Shown here: positions 40,002 to 49,656 of the stretch, in pieces | Numbering within the stretch: the first letter of the stretch is position 1 | How the letters are laid out: each line of letters opens with the position of its first letter | Assembly: GCA_963667015.2 (NCBI GenBank) | Contig: CAXXJJ010000001.1 | Location: 1,312,001 to 1,376,000 of the forward strand | Reading direction: 5' to 3' | DNA: 64,000 bases | Source: Desulfatiglandales bacterium | Lineage (GTDB): Bacteria > Desulfobacterota > DSM-4660 > Desulfatiglandales > HGW-15 | Program-made: the position numbers and the translations under genes | Notes under the pieces: generated by a model | Database searches by the model: none | Seen by the model: the letters and a program-made list of their open reading frames with translations, nothing else | Told to the model about the DNA's origin: nothing

Positions 40002-41525
40002 CTAGTTTGCACCATCAATCACACTCGTATGTGGTTTCATTTTCATTTCCGACATTCGTATTTCAGGGTTTTTAATAATCTGGTTAAGAAGCAGCACATA
40101 GTCATTTGAAAGATTTACAATTGTTGATCTGTCATAAAATGAATCTTTATATGTGAAAGTTCCATTTATGGTTTCTCCTGCCTCCCTTAATACTGTCTCA
40201 ATTGGAAATAGAGCAAATGTTGGCTGTTCTACTTTCAGGGGTATAAACATCATAGGTTGAGGCATATTCTGGGATCTCGCACTATCAGCCTCTCTTTCTG
40301 TTTTGGGTTGAATTTCCTGTTTTTCAGATGCGGTCTCCGAAGACTTGGCAGATTTCCCCCCAAAACTTTGTAGCTGAAAGTTAACGAGCGGGCTCTGGGG
40401 CGGGATTATTTTTCTGACAAGGCAAAAGGGTATATAATTGTCATATACTTTTAAAAGTGTTTTATTTGTTCTATCAAGAACTTCAAGGAAAGTTAAATCC
40501 CTGTCCAGTTCTATATAATAAAATTGCCAATCCATAAAACATCCCATTAAAGGTTCTGTTTCCTTTTGAGTGCGATTTGCAACAACAAAAGTGAAATAAT
40601 TATATTTATATCCGCTGAAAATATGAATCAGCTCTATAAATGCAGCATATAAAATTGTGAACAGAGTAACACCATTTTCCTTGCATATTTTTTTTAGTTC
40701 CCTGGTCATTTGTGGCAATAATACTACCGGAACAATACCACCACCATAAGATAACTTATCTGGTTCATGGTCAACAGGTAAAAAAGAGTTTATTTTTCCA
40801 GTGAACTGCTTCCAGTATTCAAGTTTTTCTTCAAGATATTCCCCGGAAAACCGCTCCCGTTCCCATATTGCAAAGTCAGCATATTGTAGTGATAACTCTG
40901 GAAAAGATATCGGTATGTTTAATGAGTAAGATTGATAGCGAGTCAATAATTCAAATTGTAACACTCCCATAGATAGGCCATCTGTAGCAATATGGTTAGT
41001 AAAAATATACAGGGCATGTTCGTCTTTAGCCGTTATTATGGTAAATGATATCATTAACTGGTCTTTAAAAAATGAAAATGATTCCGATGCCCTGCTCAAT
41101 GCTATTCTATTAAGTTCATCTTTTCTTTCATCTTCAGTTAAATTATCTAAGTCTATCACTTTAAGAATATTATCTGGCACTTCATTTATAACCTGGTATG
41201 ACTGTTTCTCAACTACTTCATAACTAGTACGTAGAATTTTATGCCGTTTTACTATTTCCTGGATCGCTTTATGAAAAGCTGATAGATTAACTCGTCCTTT
41301 TATTAGATACCCTAGCGCGGGACCTGGAGCTCTATCTTTTTCAGGGTCATGAACCCCATTAATTACGGGCATTAATATTCCTTCCTGAATATATGAAACA
41401 GGTATTCTACCTTTTTTATCCTGGGGGATAATTCTTTCATTATTTTCTATTTCTTTCTGTTTTTTTAACTTCAAAAACATTTCTCTTTTTTCTGCTAAAG
41501 AAGACGGAATTGCGTGTTCAGGCAT
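40002..41525 (-). CDS. Stand-alone NRPS condensation-domain protein (variant NHIATDG motif)
   Basis: PVSYIQE, RHKILRT, NHIATDG, LQYADFAIWE, TLF and ANR motifs. Confidence 0.85.
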   Translation of the reverse strand: MPEHAIPSSLAEKREMFLKLKKQKEIENNERIIPQDKKGRIPVSYIQEGILMPVINGVHDPEKDRAPGPALGYLIKGRVNLSAFHKAIQEIVKRHKILRTSYEVVEKQSYQVINEVPDNILKVIDLDNLTEDERKDELNRIALSRASESFSFFKDQLMISFTIITAKDEHALYIFTNHIATDGLSMGVLQFELLTRYQSYSLNIPISFPELSLQYADFAIWERERFSGEYLEEKLEYWKQFTGKINSFLPVDHEPDKLSYGGGIVPVVLLPQMTRELKKICKENGVTLFTILYAAFIELIHIFSGYKYNYFTFVVANRTQKETEPLMGCFMDWQFYYIELDRDLTFLEVLDRTNKTLLKVYDNYIPFCLVRKIIPPQSPLVNFQLQSFGGKSAKSSETASEKQEIQPKTEREADSARSQNMPQPMMFIPLKVEQPTFALFPIETVLREAGETINGTFTYKDSFYDRSTIVNLSNDYVLLLNQIIKNPEIRMSEMKMKPHTSVIDGAN

Positions 41526-41687
41526 TTTATTGACTCCTTAATTCTTTTTTTAAAATCATTATTTTACTTGTATAGCTTAGCGTGCACAATCAGCTTACCT
41601 GGTGGTTTAATAGATTAATTGAATAATTAAACATCATGCCCACTGAAAATCCAATTTGCGCATTTGTCTCCCAATTCATCATTTGGT

Positions 41688-41761
41688 TAAAGATTTTTCA
41701 CCACAAGAGCATCAGCCACAGCTCCAGCGAAGGCGGATGTACTCCGTGGTGAAAATCTTTA
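41688..41761. repeat. Hairpin-forming palindromic repeat
   Basis: TAAAGATTTTTCACCAC...GTGGTGAAAATCTTTA. Confidence 0.75.
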
Positions 41762-41821
41762 AGTATTTTGTTTTTAGGGTTTGTAATTGACGATTACACC
41801 GTGTTTCATCATAGATATATT

Positions 41822-42169
41822 TTATATAACACCCTCATCCATCTCTTCTTCACCAAGCACTTCATTGTATGTATCTTCAATTTTCTGAGCTATTGCTTTT
41901 ACGGTCTGAAGTTCAAAGATTGTTCGAACAGGCAGTTCCATACCAAAAACTTCATATATTAGGTTTATTATACGGCTTGCCATTAATGAATTGCCGCCCA
42001 GTTCAAAAAAGTTATCATGTCTGCCGATTTTCTCTATCTTGAGGACACTAGACCATATCCGGGTAAGCTCTTCCTCTATTTCACCCACCGGGATCTCATA
42101 AGGAGGAGGGGCTTCTAGATCAAGAGAATCGAAGTGTAGATCTTGATTGTTTTGTTTAAGCGGTTCCAT
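41822..42169 (-). CDS. Stand-alone peptidyl carrier protein with acidic C-terminal tail
   Basis: IW...DNFFELGGNSL phosphopantetheine site; ends in EEEMDEGVI. Confidence 0.9.
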   Translation of the reverse strand: MEPLKQNNQDLHFDSLDLEAPPPYEIPVGEIEEELTRIWSSVLKIEKIGRHDNFFELGGNSLMASRIINLIYEVFGMELPVRTIFELQTVKAIAQKIEDTYNEVLGEEEMDEGVI

Positions 42170-42534
42170 AGAGTTACCTTTCATTTGAAACTTGATACTT
42201 GGTCCTTGATACTGGATATTGGTTTAATTATTGATACTTGGTGCACCGAAAAATTCATAGAGATCTTCGTATGGTTACTGGATAGTGGCTTTTCGATACC
42301 AGATTAAAAATATATCTTACCTTACTATCAAGCGTTTCATTATTTTATTTAAATATGTGTAATCATGTTCAGAAAACAAAATGAGAGATAATAATTATAC
42401 TGGTCTTTATCGGCAAGCGTATGGTGAAAAAGCTAAGTAGCCAGATGAGTAATTTGATGATGAGTTATACAGTACTTTTATTAAGCCAAAAGCCCAAATT
42501 TAAGGAGTTGTTAATTGAACTAAAGAGAATTTAA

Positions 42535-42735
42535 TTAAAGCTTAAAAGGGTTCACAATGGTGTCTCTAAGGCTTGATCTTGATGTTAGTTGCATAAACAT
42601 GAGATGTACAAATTGATTCCAACGATCAAATGATCTTGCCTTTCGGCCAGTTCCATGTCGTTTTTCAAGGGTTGAAAAATCATGTCTCGGAATAATTTTA
42701 AGCATGCTATTAAAAAGTGTGTTACTATGTGCCAT
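42535..42735 (-). mobile_element. IS4-family transposase N-terminal remnant (DUF4372-like)
   Basis: MAHSNTLF...IPRHDF...WNQFVHLMFMQLT...SLRD, truncated. Confidence 0.65.
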
Positions 42736-42874
42736 GGTTCGGAATTTCCTTTCTGTTCAATGCGTTATGGATAAACACATTATAGCAGATCATAGGAAAT
42801 TTCGGACCGTTTTTTATTTCTTAACCGAACAGAAATGATCTAGTAACCAAATACAAGAATCCAGCGTCCAGTAT

Positions 42875-44398
42875 CTAGCAAAACTCATCCAGCTTTTTAT
42901 TTGGGTCTCCTATGACATCAATTACAATTTCCTTAAAATACCCCAGAAATCTTTTAATAGTCATTTCATCATATACATCAGCTCTATATATCATTGAACC
43001 AACTATTTTATTGGGGCTTTCATGGAATTCAATAGCACATGAGGTTAGATAACCTTGACAACCATGGCGTACACCCGGAGGCTCAACGGGTGTTTTTTTG
43101 ATGTTTGAATTTTCCAGAGACGTATCATCACTTACAGTTAAGATACTAATACCCGGGGCATTAAACTTAACACCTTTATCCAGTAACGCATCGCGTACCC
43201 AGTCAAGCGGTATGGGCTGATGAGTCTGAGCATTATTCATAGTATTCGAAACACGTTCAGTTATTTCCTGAAAATCAGGATTGCCTGAAAGGTCTGTTTT
43301 ATAGGCAATCTCCGACGCAAAATCACCAATCACATTCATTAAACCAGAATTCAAACGCCCTGTCTGAAGAGACACTACTACCGGATCTTCCTGTCCGGTC
43401 ATTCTCCAGATTGCTATTTTATATGCTGAGAGCAAGATGCAAAAAAGCGTTTTTCTAAAATCCGCTGCTAGTTTATTAATGGCTTGAGTTGTATCCGAAT
43501 CAAGTTCAATTATCTCCTCAGCGCTTTCTCCAACAGGTGCTCTATTCGCTAATGGACTATTATCAGACAACAGACCTGTAAAAGGCGTTGAGCGGAGTAA
43601 CTCTTTCCAGTAATTTAAATATTCAACTCCTCCTGGGCTATTTTTCCATGTCTCAAGGGATGACAAATAATCTAAGTATCGATACTTGAGCGGGCGTACT
43701 CTTGGGGGCGTACTTGTTAGAACAGCATTATAATATGCTAAAATCTCCTGAAAAAAAATACCAGTAGAAATCATATCACCAATAGCATGGTGCAGAGATA
43801 CTCCCAATATATACTCATCATAAGAAATTCTGATAAGGAACACTCGATATAATGGGCCTTTAAGATCATATTTTTCCCAGATCAATTCATTTGCTATGTT
43901 GCTTACTTCCTTTTCTCTTTGTTCCGGTGTTTTACCTTTAACTGTGATTTCCTTAAATGCGGGTGACTGTTTTGGCTGCTTTACCAGGTATAAATCATCA
44001 GTGTTCTTTTCAATCGAATAGTTCAATACCTCATGGCGGTTAAGCAATGCCGAAATAGCTTTTTCAAGAGCATCAGCATAGAACTCACCTTTCTGCCTTA
44101 TAACTGAATAGGTAACATTCGCAGTTGTAATCTCCATAATACCATTTGAGTAATCTTTCCACAGGAATTGATTGGGCAGTAATGCTTTTCCATCTGAAGT
44201 GGAAATCATTTTAAATTGCAGGCGGGAAGGATCGGTGAGTTTTAAATGGTGCAATATTTCTAACTTTTTTTCCTTAATAGATGAGAGGATATCCTGAGTC
44301 ATTGCCCCTTTCTGAGCTCGATACCCCAACTCCCCATCTTTGAGGTACAAATGGACACCTCTAGCAATGCAGTCTTCAAGAAATGCTTCTATTTTCAT
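42875..44398 (-). CDS. Stand-alone condensation-domain protein with an N-terminal TubC-type (beta-hairpin) docking domain
   Basis: N-terminus GVHLYLKDGELGYRAQKGAMT...KLEILHHL; RHEVL, GPLYRV, HHAIGD and YW motifs. Confidence 0.85.
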   Translation of the reverse strand: MKIEAFLEDCIARGVHLYLKDGELGYRAQKGAMTQDILSSIKEKKLEILHHLKLTDPSRLQFKMISTSDGKALLPNQFLWKDYSNGIMEITTANVTYSVIRQKGEFYADALEKAISALLNRHEVLNYSIEKNTDDLYLVKQPKQSPAFKEITVKGKTPEQREKEVSNIANELIWEKYDLKGPLYRVFLIRISYDEYILGVSLHHAIGDMISTGIFFQEILAYYNAVLTSTPPRVRPLKYRYLDYLSSLETWKNSPGGVEYLNYWKELLRSTPFTGLLSDNSPLANRAPVGESAEEIIELDSDTTQAINKLAADFRKTLFCILLSAYKIAIWRMTGQEDPVVVSLQTGRLNSGLMNVIGDFASEIAYKTDLSGNPDFQEITERVSNTMNNAQTHQPIPLDWVRDALLDKGVKFNAPGISILTVSDDTSLENSNIKKTPVEPPGVRHGCQGYLTSCAIEFHESPNKIVGSMIYRADVYDEMTIKRFLGYFKEIVIDVIGDPNKKLDEFC

Positions 44399-44500
44399 TT
44401 AAAAATATCTCTTATCGTTGTTTAGGATTTTTAAGATTATTTGTTACTTAGTGTTGTATTACAAATGTTAAGCGACATTTGAAAAAAGTCGTTATGACCA

Positions 44501-44578
44501 ACCACGGAGAACACGGAGTACTCAGAGATTTTATCTTCTAAGTTTTTACTCCGTGCTCCCTGCGATCTCTGCGGTGAT
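44501..44578. repeat. 9-mer-based inverted repeat (CACGGAG/CTCCGTG family)
   Basis: ACCACGGAGAACACGGAGTACTCAGAG...CTCCGTGCTCCCTGCGATCTCTGCGGT. Confidence 0.6.
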
Positions 44579-44673
44579 AAAAAATGCTATTGTATTCCTA
44601 ATATAATCAGGGGCATACTAAACGGCGAACTACGTTAAATTTGTTATGAATTAAAGCAAGTGATATGCAAATG

Positions 44674-44973
44674 CTATATCTGAATTCCATTTTTTAATAT
44701 TTCTTTTAAAAACCCGCTTTCATCATGGCTTTTATCTAATATAATGGGTTCGATTCTGTCGTCAACTTCTCTTCTTAATTTCCATAACAAAGGTCTGGTT
44801 GAAAAGTAATCTCCTTCTATTTTATCAACTATGATTGCAACATCTATATCGCTGTCTTCTCTATTATTCCCTTTTGCATAGGAACCGAACAGAACCATCT
44901 GATCAAACAGCATGTTTTTTAAAAGCAGTTTTTTATATATTTTAAGTTTTTTTATAGCCTCTGTTTTATCCAT
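44674..44973 (-). CDS. Minimal nucleotidyltransferase (MNT) antitoxin
   Basis: LFGSYAKG...SDIDV motif. Confidence 0.9.
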   Translation of the reverse strand: MDKTEAIKKLKIYKKLLLKNMLFDQMVLFGSYAKGNNREDSDIDVAIIVDKIEGDYFSTRPLLWKLRREVDDRIEPIILDKSHDESGFLKEILKNGIQI

Positions 44974-45338
44974 ATCTGAAGATCCCTGGTTTTATTTAAA
45001 ATATCTATACATTTTTCATCGGTTAAGGTTTTCAGCAGTTCTTCTCTATGAACCGGATACCTGCATTCGATATTCAGCGGTTCGAGCAGGTCCAGGAATT
45101 CTTTTTGATTTTCTGAAAAATGTTCATAAACTTCTGCTTTTTTTGCGATATGTGAAAGGCTGTGGGAGTATGGTGGTGTGTCAGCATGTATTTTTACAAA
45201 ATAGGCTTTAAGGATTTTTTCGATTGCCTGATGTGCCATGAAACCGACATAAAGATATCGTTTGCTTTTCAGCATTGCTTCAGCAGTTTCCAGGTCATAC
45301 TCTGACAATTCTTTCCAATAATTTACTTGGCTTGACAT
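44952..45338 (-). CDS. HEPN-domain protein (HEPN/MNT pair)
   Basis: HQAIEKILKA, HSL and RYP motifs; overlaps the MNT gene. Confidence 0.88.
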   Translation of the reverse strand: MSSQVNYWKELSEYDLETAEAMLKSKRYLYVGFMAHQAIEKILKAYFVKIHADTPPYSHSLSHIAKKAEVYEHFSENQKEFLDLLEPLNIECRYPVHREELLKTLTDEKCIDILNKTRDLQIWIKQRL

Positions 45339-45554
45339 TTCTCCTCGCGATGCATCATTCTAAAGCAAACAAATATCATTTTAAAAGGCTTAAATCCATT
45401 ATTCCAATTTATTTGAGCAATGAGGATATAATATAGTTAAATTAGACGAATTTCTCAAATTATTCTTTGAGATAATGGTTAAATATATTTTAAAACTTGC
45501 ATGCCAGCTTAACTGTTTCTTTTAAGTTGTTTTACAAGCTTTTAGCAGCAATGC

Positions 45555-45974
45555 CTAAAGTAGCTTGGAGGCTATTCCAAGTTTGCGTGCTGCTCTGGAA
45601 AGTTGCTTGTCAGCAGTTATTATCTCAAGATTATTAATAGATGCTGCTGCAAGGTGAAGCGAATCCAGTGTTGCAAGCGGAATATCCTTACCTGATAACC
45701 AACTAAATGCAAGGTTATAGCAGTCAGTATCTATAACCACTTTTTTATAAAGTAACTGATGTAAATGATATTTAAATTCAGTGAGTATCTTATTTGATGA
45801 ATCAATTGAAAGTTGCCCTTCTCTTACTTTTCTGGCTAATGCAGAAGCAAGTTCCACTTCTGTGAGAGGTGATATTACTGGTGTACCAGCCTGAATTATC
45901 ATTTTTTCAGCCTTTGTGCTTATTGGTTCAGGACAATAATAGGCAACAAGAACACTTGTATCAATGTATGGCAT
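45555..45974 (-). CDS. vapC: VapC/PIN toxin
   Basis: YIDTSVL, EVE, LDSLHLA and TAD motifs. Confidence 0.9.
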   Translation of the reverse strand: MPYIDTSVLVAYYCPEPISTKAEKMIIQAGTPVISPLTEVELASALARKVREGQLSIDSSNKILTEFKYHLHQLLYKKVVIDTDCYNLAFSWLSGKDIPLATLDSLHLAAASINNLEIITADKQLSRAARKLGIASKLL

Positions 45975-46207
45975 TAAAAGCGTTCTTCTTTCCTGGCATC
46001 AATAACCGATTGACTTATTGGTTTTCCATGGATCTTAATTGATGATCGAAATTCTTTAAGGTTCGGGAGCTTATTATCATTATGATGAGAAATAATTTTG
46101 GCGATAGATTTGCCTCGTCGTTTTATAATTATTTCTTCACCTGCCTCAACTTTATCCAGCAGAGAGCTTAGATTGGATCTTGCGTCCCTCACATTTATCT
46201 CCAGCAT
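45974..46207 (-). CDS. Phd/YefM antitoxin
   Basis: INVRDARSNLSSLLDKVEAGEEIII. Confidence 0.9.
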   Translation of the reverse strand: MLEINVRDARSNLSSLLDKVEAGEEIIIKRRGKSIAKIISHHNDNKLPNLKEFRSSIKIHGKPISQSVIDARKEERF

Positions 46208-46452
46208 ATTGACACCTCTTTCTTTATTTTTGTGTACATGAGTAGGGTACGCTTCAATGTGGGAAATGTCAAATATTATTATGCCCTCCGCGTTCTCAGT
46301 GGTGATATTAAAAGCTAATCAATATATACTTAGGATATCGACAAATTTGTTGATGGTCTGAAGGAAGTCTTCGAAGATATGAAACCATGATATCTCCCTC
46401 AATCTGAAGGTCTACCTGTTGCCTGCCCCTATTGTGGAAGCACAAGCAAAAG

Positions 46453-46545
46453 AAGGCAAATGGGTGTCAGGTCTTCACAATTCAAGGCAAAAGGCAAATG
46501 GGTGTCAGGTCTTCAAGGCAAATGGGTGTCAGGTCTTCACAATTC
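46453..46545 (+). repeat. Three direct copies of AAGGCAAATGGGTGTCAGGTCTTCA flanking the RAYT gene
   Basis: Copies start at about 46453, 46491 and 46515. Confidence 0.85.
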
Positions 46546-47482
46546 ACGCATTTAATCTTTTTACAATCTTTTTTAATTTTTTTCCAAGTTTTTTATCATT
46601 TTCAATCCGCTGCAATATGCGCCTGCATGACTGTGAAACACCAGTTCCCCCAATTCCAAATTGATCACCTATTTCCTTTAATCTCTTTCCAGTATATCTC
46701 TTTATCAAATAAATTTTAATTTTTCGCGCTAATACCGGATCGCCACTGAAGTTATTTACAACTTCTTTATCTATTTCATCTGGCGATACTTTTTTTGCCA
46801 GTTCTCTTAATGCCGGAATTTCTCTATCTACCTTTTTCCCTGAAAGATATTTATCTCTTATTTTATTTATAAATTCAGCCTGTCCTAGGATGGCTGACCC
46901 TGTTACTTCTTCCAATGGACTGCTATATTCAGTATTAAGCAACGAGTTAACAAATTTCTGATATAACCTCTCAGCCGATGATTTTGTTTTACCGAAATAT
47001 CCATGTATAAATTCAGTATGAAGCCATTCAGTTTTTTTCTTCGCTCCAATATAATATGGATAACTTGACCATTCATACTTTTCCGGTAGTTCAACTATTC
47101 CTGCTCTTATAGGATTTAAATGGATATAGCGGGATAATTCTTTTGCATATTCATCCTTTTCAACAAGTATTGCTTTATAACGCCCCTGAAAAAGGTGGCC
47201 GGCTCTACCACGTTTTTTATTAAAATAGTTGGTATAGGCTCCATTGATATGAAGCATAATTTGTGGAAGATTACCTGAAGGTGTTTCCATTAAAAGATGA
47301 TAATGATTATCCATTAGACAGTATAGATGTATAATAGCATTATATCTTTCTGTGGCCGATTCAAGGTATTCAAGAAACTTCTCTCTATCCCTTTTACTTT
47401 TAAAAACTGGTTTTTGTTCATTACCACGTGAAGTAATGTGATAGAAGGCACCTGGATAAGTAATTCGTAAAGGACGGGCCAT
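46544..47482 (-). mobile_element. REP-associated tyrosine (HUH/Y1) transposase with C-terminal HTH
   Basis: MARPLR, YHITSRGN, LMDNHYHL, GHLFQGRY, YIHLNP and WSSY motifs. Confidence 0.9.
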
Positions 47483-47543
47483 ATTTTCCTCAATTTAATT
47501 TGCAATTGAGGAAGGTTAACTCATTACTGATGGCATGTCAATA

Positions 47544-47584
47544 GTGAAGGCCTGACACCGTTTGACACCGTTTGACACCGTTTG
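47544..47584. repeat. Inverted partner of the RAYT repeat plus tandem TGACACCGTT x3
   Basis: GTGAAGGCCTGACACC is the reverse complement of GGTGTCAGGTCTTCAC with one mismatch. Confidence 0.8.
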
Positions 47585-47589
47585 AGACA

Positions 47590-47721
47590 GGTCCATTCTT
47601 TAGATAACTCTATAGATAATCGTCTCCGGCTCCAGGATGGGTGAGCCTTGATAAATCGTTGGATAAAGCTTATATCCTCTAAAGTAAGCTTTCTGCCTTG
47701 GACTGTTATGGTATTTCCCAT
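47590..47721 (-). pseudogene. N-terminal fragment of a DUF4338-like IS-associated protein, truncated at the RAYT repeats
   Basis: QGRKLTLEDISFI...HPSWSRRRLSIELSKEW; the rest of the ORF is repeat-derived. Confidence 0.5.
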
Positions 47722-47811
47722 GACTAAAAAATATCAGGGAAATAGACTGGAGTCCAGTGCTTTTTCATTTTTTATAAAAAAAACTTCTTAAGACAGCTTA
47801 ACTGTTTCTCA

Positions 47812-49188
47812 TTATTGTTTTCGAAACGCCAGAGTCCCAAGCATCAAACCCCTAAAACCTGTTCCAGGCTCTTGAAAAAAACCAATTGAATAATGCTGTG
47901 TATCAGAACATACACGAAGAACTCCTTTTTCATCTTTTTGCATCACGATGTCCATCGGCGGCATGTTTTTCATTTGATAAGTGCAAATAACCGGTTCACC
48001 TTCACATGCGACAATAATTTTCTGATCATGAGGACCGATATAGACACCGACTAAATCATCAAATGATGTTTCAAATGGCACTTCCGGTGCTGTTGGCATT
48101 GGTTGCCCCCTCAACATCCCAAAGATATGGTTGATAATTGAATCGCGAATGAACGGTATCCAAGTATTAATAGCGATTACCAGTGCTATATTACTACGCG
48201 GATCAAAACGCAGACCGCAGGTCTGTCCTCGTGCCGAACCATTGTGCCCCAAAAGCCAGCCGCGGTAAAAGGCACAACCAACACCAAAGGCTACTGGGAG
48301 TTGTTCATGCTTTAAGCTCCCATATGTTTGTGGTATTTTTATAACCTGTTTTTGGACAAACTCTATGGCCGTCTCTGATATTTCTGATGGAGGTTTGACG
48401 ATACCACAGATAGTGGAAGCTAATGTCAATAGATCCCTAATATTCAAAGTAAGGCTGTTCAATGATGGGTTCCAGAATTCCGAAAAAGGGATAGGCCTCA
48501 AGGGCTCAAACTGCATTATTTCAGGATTAAATTTATGATCGATTGCGTAAGCTTCGTCACCTCTCTGATCCATTTTAATGGACCCGGTTATAAGTTTTAA
48601 GGGCCTTATAATCATTTCATTATATAGATCAATAATATTACTACCTGTTATACGTTGAATAATTTCACCCAATATGGCATATTCAGAGTGTTCATAGCTG
48701 AACACGGTTCCAGGCTTAAAAAGTTGAGGTGTTGAGTTAAAAAACTCCAAAAAATTATCCCATGTATAGTAATAAGCCACACTTGGATCCATTATATTTA
48801 ATCCCTGGTAACCGCTTGTATGTGAGAGCAGGTGCCATATTTCAATTTTTTTACCTCTTTCTGTGCCGCGTAATTCTTCAAGATACTTTTCTATTGGATC
48901 ATCCGGATCAAGCTTACCGGCTTCAATCAATTCCGCGGCAACCATTGCTGTCAGCAATTTGGAGATGCAGCCCAATTGAAAATGTGTTTCTTCATTCATG
49001 GGTATCTGGCTGTCAATTGATAATGTGCCGACGTTGGCAGCCAACTTATTCTTTCCGATGCTCAACGCGAGAGAAATACCTGGAACGCCTGTTTGTTCTT
49101 TTATTGTTTCCAAAAGATTACGCAACTGTTTTCGCAAACTATTCATTACAGTATTAAGATCTTGTGGCTTTTGATGTGGAGTATTCAT
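47812..49188 (-). CDS. Beta-lactamase-fold (serine hydrolase/PBP-like) protein with CxxK in place of SxxK
   Basis: FQLGCISK, LLSHTSG, FSYEHSEY and GHNG motifs; no signal peptide. Confidence 0.85.
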   Translation of the reverse strand: MNTPHQKPQDLNTVMNSLRKQLRNLLETIKEQTGVPGISLALSIGKNKLAANVGTLSIDSQIPMNEETHFQLGCISKLLTAMVAAELIEAGKLDPDDPIEKYLEELRGTERGKKIEIWHLLSHTSGYQGLNIMDPSVAYYYTWDNFLEFFNSTPQLFKPGTVFSYEHSEYAILGEIIQRITGSNIIDLYNEMIIRPLKLITGSIKMDQRGDEAYAIDHKFNPEIMQFEPLRPIPFSEFWNPSLNSLTLNIRDLLTLASTICGIVKPPSEISETAIEFVQKQVIKIPQTYGSLKHEQLPVAFGVGCAFYRGWLLGHNGSARGQTCGLRFDPRSNIALVIAINTWIPFIRDSIINHIFGMLRGQPMPTAPEVPFETSFDDLVGVYIGPHDQKIIVACEGEPVICTYQMKNMPPMDIVMQKDEKGVLRVCSDTQHYSIGFFQEPGTGFRGLMLGTLAFRKQ

Positions 49189-49656
49189 GACATATCTCCT
49201 GATTTTTTCTTAATTTATACGAATGTTGAGAAGCGATGGTTGGTGCTATAAATGTTTATCTATCAAGAAGTGAGCTGATACTGGTTAATAGATAGAACAA
49301 ATGGTAAATATCTGATTAGCATGTAGTCGTTTGCATGGAATTACATCCAGCGCGGCATCGTTTTTGGCGTTACCAAAAATTGCCTCCTGAGAGCCCCGTC
49401 CATTGTGGAAAAGGACTACGTTTTTGGGTGATTTTGTCTTGTTTGTGACGATGACTTTGTAATCGAAATTGTAATCACGCGGCTCAAATAGATGTAATTG
49501 CAGGGGGCCTTTGTATTGCTTTTTGATTTTTCTCCTTATGAAGATTAATCGGTACTTACTGTCCTATGATGCTGGTTTCCAGTTGGTTTCAAAATAAGAC
49601 CATCCTTTTTCAATAGTACGCCAGCGTTTTCTGATTTCAACCATGCTTTTCAATTT

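Noticed and set aside
46310..46450. Short coding-like fragment containing CPYCG
   Set aside because: It is too short and broken to assign.
46453..46545. Possible mini-CRISPR array
   Set aside because: The spacers are 13 nt or absent and repeat-derived, there are no cas genes, and the repeats are explained as RAYT flanks.
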